Part shown: positions 13,197 through 13,572 of the stretch, one piece after another | How the letters are laid out: each line of letters opens with the position of its first letter | Position numbering within the stretch: position 1 is the first letter of the stretch | Assembly: GCA_040904565.1 (NCBI GenBank) | Contig: JBBDTI010000002.1 | Span: forward strand, 1 to 13,572 | Direction: 5' to 3' | Source: Rhodothermales bacterium | GTDB lineage: Bacteria > Bacteroidota > Rhodothermia > Rhodothermales > VXPQ01 | Length of the DNA stretch: 13,572 nt | The notes under the pieces: generated by a model | What the model was told of the DNA's origin: nothing | The model's input: only the letters and a program-made list of their open reading frames with translations | Database searches by the model: none | Translations under genes and position numbers: made by a program

Positions 13197-13572
13197 ATGA
13201 TCGTTGCGGATGTGACCCTGATCAGCTACTTCACGATGGAAGGCGAACACACGCCGAGTGCCTTGCGCGTTCGACGGTGCGACCCGGACTGGGTGGCACC
13301 GCTGCTGTGGGAGTCGGAATTTGGAAACGTGCTCCGGCGTTTCGTTAGGGGCGGCGCCTTCGATCTCGACCTCGCCCTCGCACATCTGGACGTAGCACGC
13401 GACCTCGTGACGGGTTACGCCATTTCGATTTCGGAGGCCCTGCGAGTCGCTTCGAAGTCGGGCTGCTCGGTCTATGACGCGCAGTACGCGTCCCTCGCTC
13501 TGCAGCTCGACATCCCGCTCGTCACGCACAACCGGCAGCTTCTCGCCGCTTTTCAAGGCGTGGCCACGCATC
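13197..13572 (+). CDS. vapC: PIN-domain VapC-family toxin (3' end outside window)
   Basis: Not in ORF track. ATG 13197 gives MIVADVTLISYF...WVAPLLWESEFGNVL...SGCSVYDAQYASLALQLDIPLVTHNRQLLAAF, open to the window edge. Starts 18 nt after the antitoxin stop. Confidence 0.88.
   Translation, partial: MIVADVTLISYFTMEGEHTPSALRVRRCDPDWVAPLLWESEFGNVLRRFVRGGAFDLDLALAHLDVARDLVTGYAISISEALRVASKSGCSVYDAQYASLALQLDIPLVTHNRQLLAAFQGVATH

Noticed and set aside
13146-13571. 141-aa minus-strand ORF
   Set aside because: Antisense to the VapC gene, which the ORF track omitted, probably because its stop lies outside the window.

Overview
High-GC bacterial DNA, probably Rhodothermales-like. This is inferred from a GH16 enzyme resembling the Rhodothermus marinus laminarinase and from C/A-rich leaders lacking a Shine-Dalgarno motif. 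The left part (1-4240) holds four paralogous DUF1640/CCDC90-type coiled-coil membrane-anchored proteins on + strand. They are interleaved with a GH16 beta-1,3-glucanase, wecB and a Uma2 endonuclease. The middle (4277-11963, - strand) is a six-gene surface-glycan operon: GT4, GT2, NodU/CmcH carbamoyltransferase, GT4, WecA/MraY-type phosphoglycosyltransferase and a Trm112-fused SAM methyltransferase. It is preceded by a sigma54-type promoter and a candidate enhancer. The right end has a hypothetical gene and a FitA/VapC-type toxin-antitoxin pair with a palindromic operator-promoter. Most striking: all six consecutive glycan-operon proteins end in -Ala-Ala-stop, encoded by different codons, which suggests an operon-wide ssrA-like protease degron. 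Also notable are a shared bipartite promoter-like motif upstream of two divergent DUF1640 paralogs and many 12-16 bp degenerate tandem duplications at gene ends, gene starts and within genes.
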